Source of the DNA: a virus | Taxonomy: Duplodnaviria > Caudoviricetes | Strand: one strand, 5' to 3' | Length of the DNA: 37,546 nucleotides | IMG/VR virus record: IMGVR_UViG_3300033076_000319 | Location: 1-37,546 of that record | In this document: positions 36,096 through 37,546 of the stretch, in pieces | Position numbering within the stretch: position 1 is the stretch's first letter | Layout: each line of letters opens with the position of its first letter | Notes under the pieces: generated by a model | Databases searched by the model: none | The model's input: the letters and a program-made list of their open reading frames with translations, nothing else | What the model was told of the DNA's origin: nothing | Program-made: the position numbers and the translations under genes

Positions 36096-37546
36096 TATGA
36101 CCCCATCCATGAGTTCAAGGCTGCGCCTTGCGTTTGATACGACGATTTGCGAAGTATACTCTTGCTTTCCCGATGTGCAACAGGAAACGCAAACGTCAAA
36201 GCGATGGCGTCTGCCGAGTCTGGTGACGCTAGCCCTCTAGCCTTCATCTCTTTCTTTGATTCCAAATAGATGGCGCCCTTGCTGTCAGGCTTCATTAGTG
36301 GACTTATGAGATCAGTCTTGAGCATCTTTTCTTTCGGTATGGATGCATTGCGTAGCCATTCCTTCATTGCACCCCAGATTTGCGCTCTCATGTTGCCGTA
36401 CATCATGGGGTTTTTACTTCGGTTAGCGAAGTTCACACCCCGTATCTTGTAGCGTTGTTCTTTCAATCTATCCACAACCCCTGCGCCTAGCCCACCTTCG
36501 TCGATGGCCACTAGCGCAGGCTGATACTGCTCGATCGCCTCGATCACATGACCAACCACAGTCATAGTATCATCACCCTTGTAGCGCAAGATTTCCACGA
36601 TGTCGCGCCCTTGCCGTACGGCGATGACTGTCGAATCTGACCCAAATCTTGCAGGGTCTACGCCAATGACGATGGGCGCGGAGTCATCTTTCCACTTCTC
36701 TCGCCGCATAGCTTCGTCCACCAAGCTTGATGGGATGAACTGATCGTCACCTTCCGATGGAAATGATCCATAGACCTCAACGTGCGCTTGGTAGGAGTCA
36801 GGGCCATATTCTTCGATGATCTGGTTGTAGACGTTCTTATCCGTCCCTTCTACATCTCTAGCGTCCACTTGCCTAGATTGCCAAAAGTCCCGTTTGCTAC
36901 CTTCGATCGCTTCGTAGAAGTAGCCTGTGTTGCGACGTGGGTTAGAGAAGCAACACCAAAAGCGATTGGGCGTGTTTTCGGTAAAGAACCCTGATGTCAC
37001 CGCCCAGATGGAGTCGTCAATACCTGACGCTTCGTCGAACACGACCATTACCCCATCGTAGTTGTGAACACCAGCGAAAGCGTCGGGATTCTCAGCCGAC
37101 CACAGTCGTCCCTCTAAGTTCCAGTAGCGTGTGCCTTTTTTCAAATCACGTTCGACCAACTCGGTCAGCCATTTGGCTGGCATCACCCTCGTGGCGCTGA
37201 TTTCCCACCAGTAGGTGTTAATCGACATGGACGACCATTTGGTAATCTCAGCCCAAGTTACTGAGCGCAACTGTGATTCGCTGTTAGCAGACACGATGAC
37301 CGTGGCGCCTATTCTTGTGGTCATCATCCACAACACGAGCCATGATACGAGGGCTGACTTGCCAATACCACGACCAGAGGCGATGGCTAATCTGAGAACG
37401 TCAAAGTCTAACTTGCCTTGATTCTGCTTAATATGCTCGGCGATGTCTGTTAACACCTGGCGCTGCCACTTGCGTGGGGCAGCGAAGTGTTCTAGTGGAG
37501 TGCCTTCTTGCCCCCAAGGAAACGCAAACATCACGAACGCTAGCGG
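36095..37546 (-). CDS. terL: Terminase large subunit, main part (N-terminus at 78..1; 509 aa in total)
   Basis: Walker A SGRGIGKS, Walker B VFDEAS, SNP coupling motif; nuclease motifs GVDPARFGSD and SPDSADA. Confidence 0.95.
   Translation of the reverse strand, partial: PLAFVMFAFPWGQEGTPLEHFAAPRKWQRQVLTDIAEHIKQNQGKLDFDVLRLAIASGRGIGKSALVSWLVLWMMTTRIGATVIVSANSESQLRSVTWAEITKWSSMSINTYWWEISATRVMPAKWLTELVERDLKKGTRYWNLEGRLWSAENPDAFAGVHNYDGVMVVFDEASGIDDSIWAVTSGFFTENTPNRFWCCFSNPRRNTGYFYEAIEGSKRDFWQSRQVDARDVEGTDKNVYNQIIEEYGPDSYQAHVEVYGSFPSEGDDQFIPSSLVDEAMRREKWKDDSAPIVIGVDPARFGSDSTVIAVRQGRDIVEILRYKGDDTMTVVGHVIEAIEQYQPALVAIDEGGLGAGVVDRLKEQRYKIRGVNFANRSKNPMMYGNMRAQIWGAMKEWLRNASIPKEKMLKTDLISPLMKPDSKGAIYLESKKEMKARGLASPDSADAIALTFAFPVAHRESKSILRKSSYQTQGAALNSWMGS

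Noticed and set aside
1-37546. tRNA genes, integrase/att site, introns or inteins, alternative genetic code
   Set aside because: No cloverleaf or recombinase motifs seen; core genes are uninterrupted under the standard code. A by-eye search could miss divergent elements.

Overview
The window looks like a complete, circularly permuted ~37.5 kb dsDNA phage genome with P22-like podovirus morphogenesis genes. The terminase large subunit reads in frame across the window ends (78->1, then 37546->36095), so the contig closes. Layout: terS (minus); a non-coding control region with about 10 DnaA-box-like TTGTCCACA/ATATCCACA repeats; short early genes (plus); a replication module (minus) with primase-SF3 helicase, Leu762-type PolA, an AT-rich adenine methyltransferase, an SSB-like gene and a DUF2800/Cas4-like nuclease; a divergent VRR-NUC, SNF2 helicase and small-gene operon (plus); and a long late operon (minus). 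The late operon runs terL, four Lys-rich basic mini-proteins, GroES, portal, a ferritin/Dps-like protein, three fibre/spike genes, scaffold, coat, decoration-type genes, gp4-like, gp10-like, a needle/fibre gene, a cupin-SET fusion, three ejection proteins and the lysis cassette (two membrane proteins, Rz with embedded Rz1, GH19 endolysin). The most unusual feature is a cupin + SET-domain (lysine methyltransferase-type) fusion in the virion tail/ejection module, in a genome that also has a cluster of histone-tail-like Lys-rich proteins. I saw no integrase, repressor, tRNA, CRISPR array or reverse transcriptase. The spanins imply a Gram-negative host. All family calls come from motifs and synteny read by eye; no database search was run.
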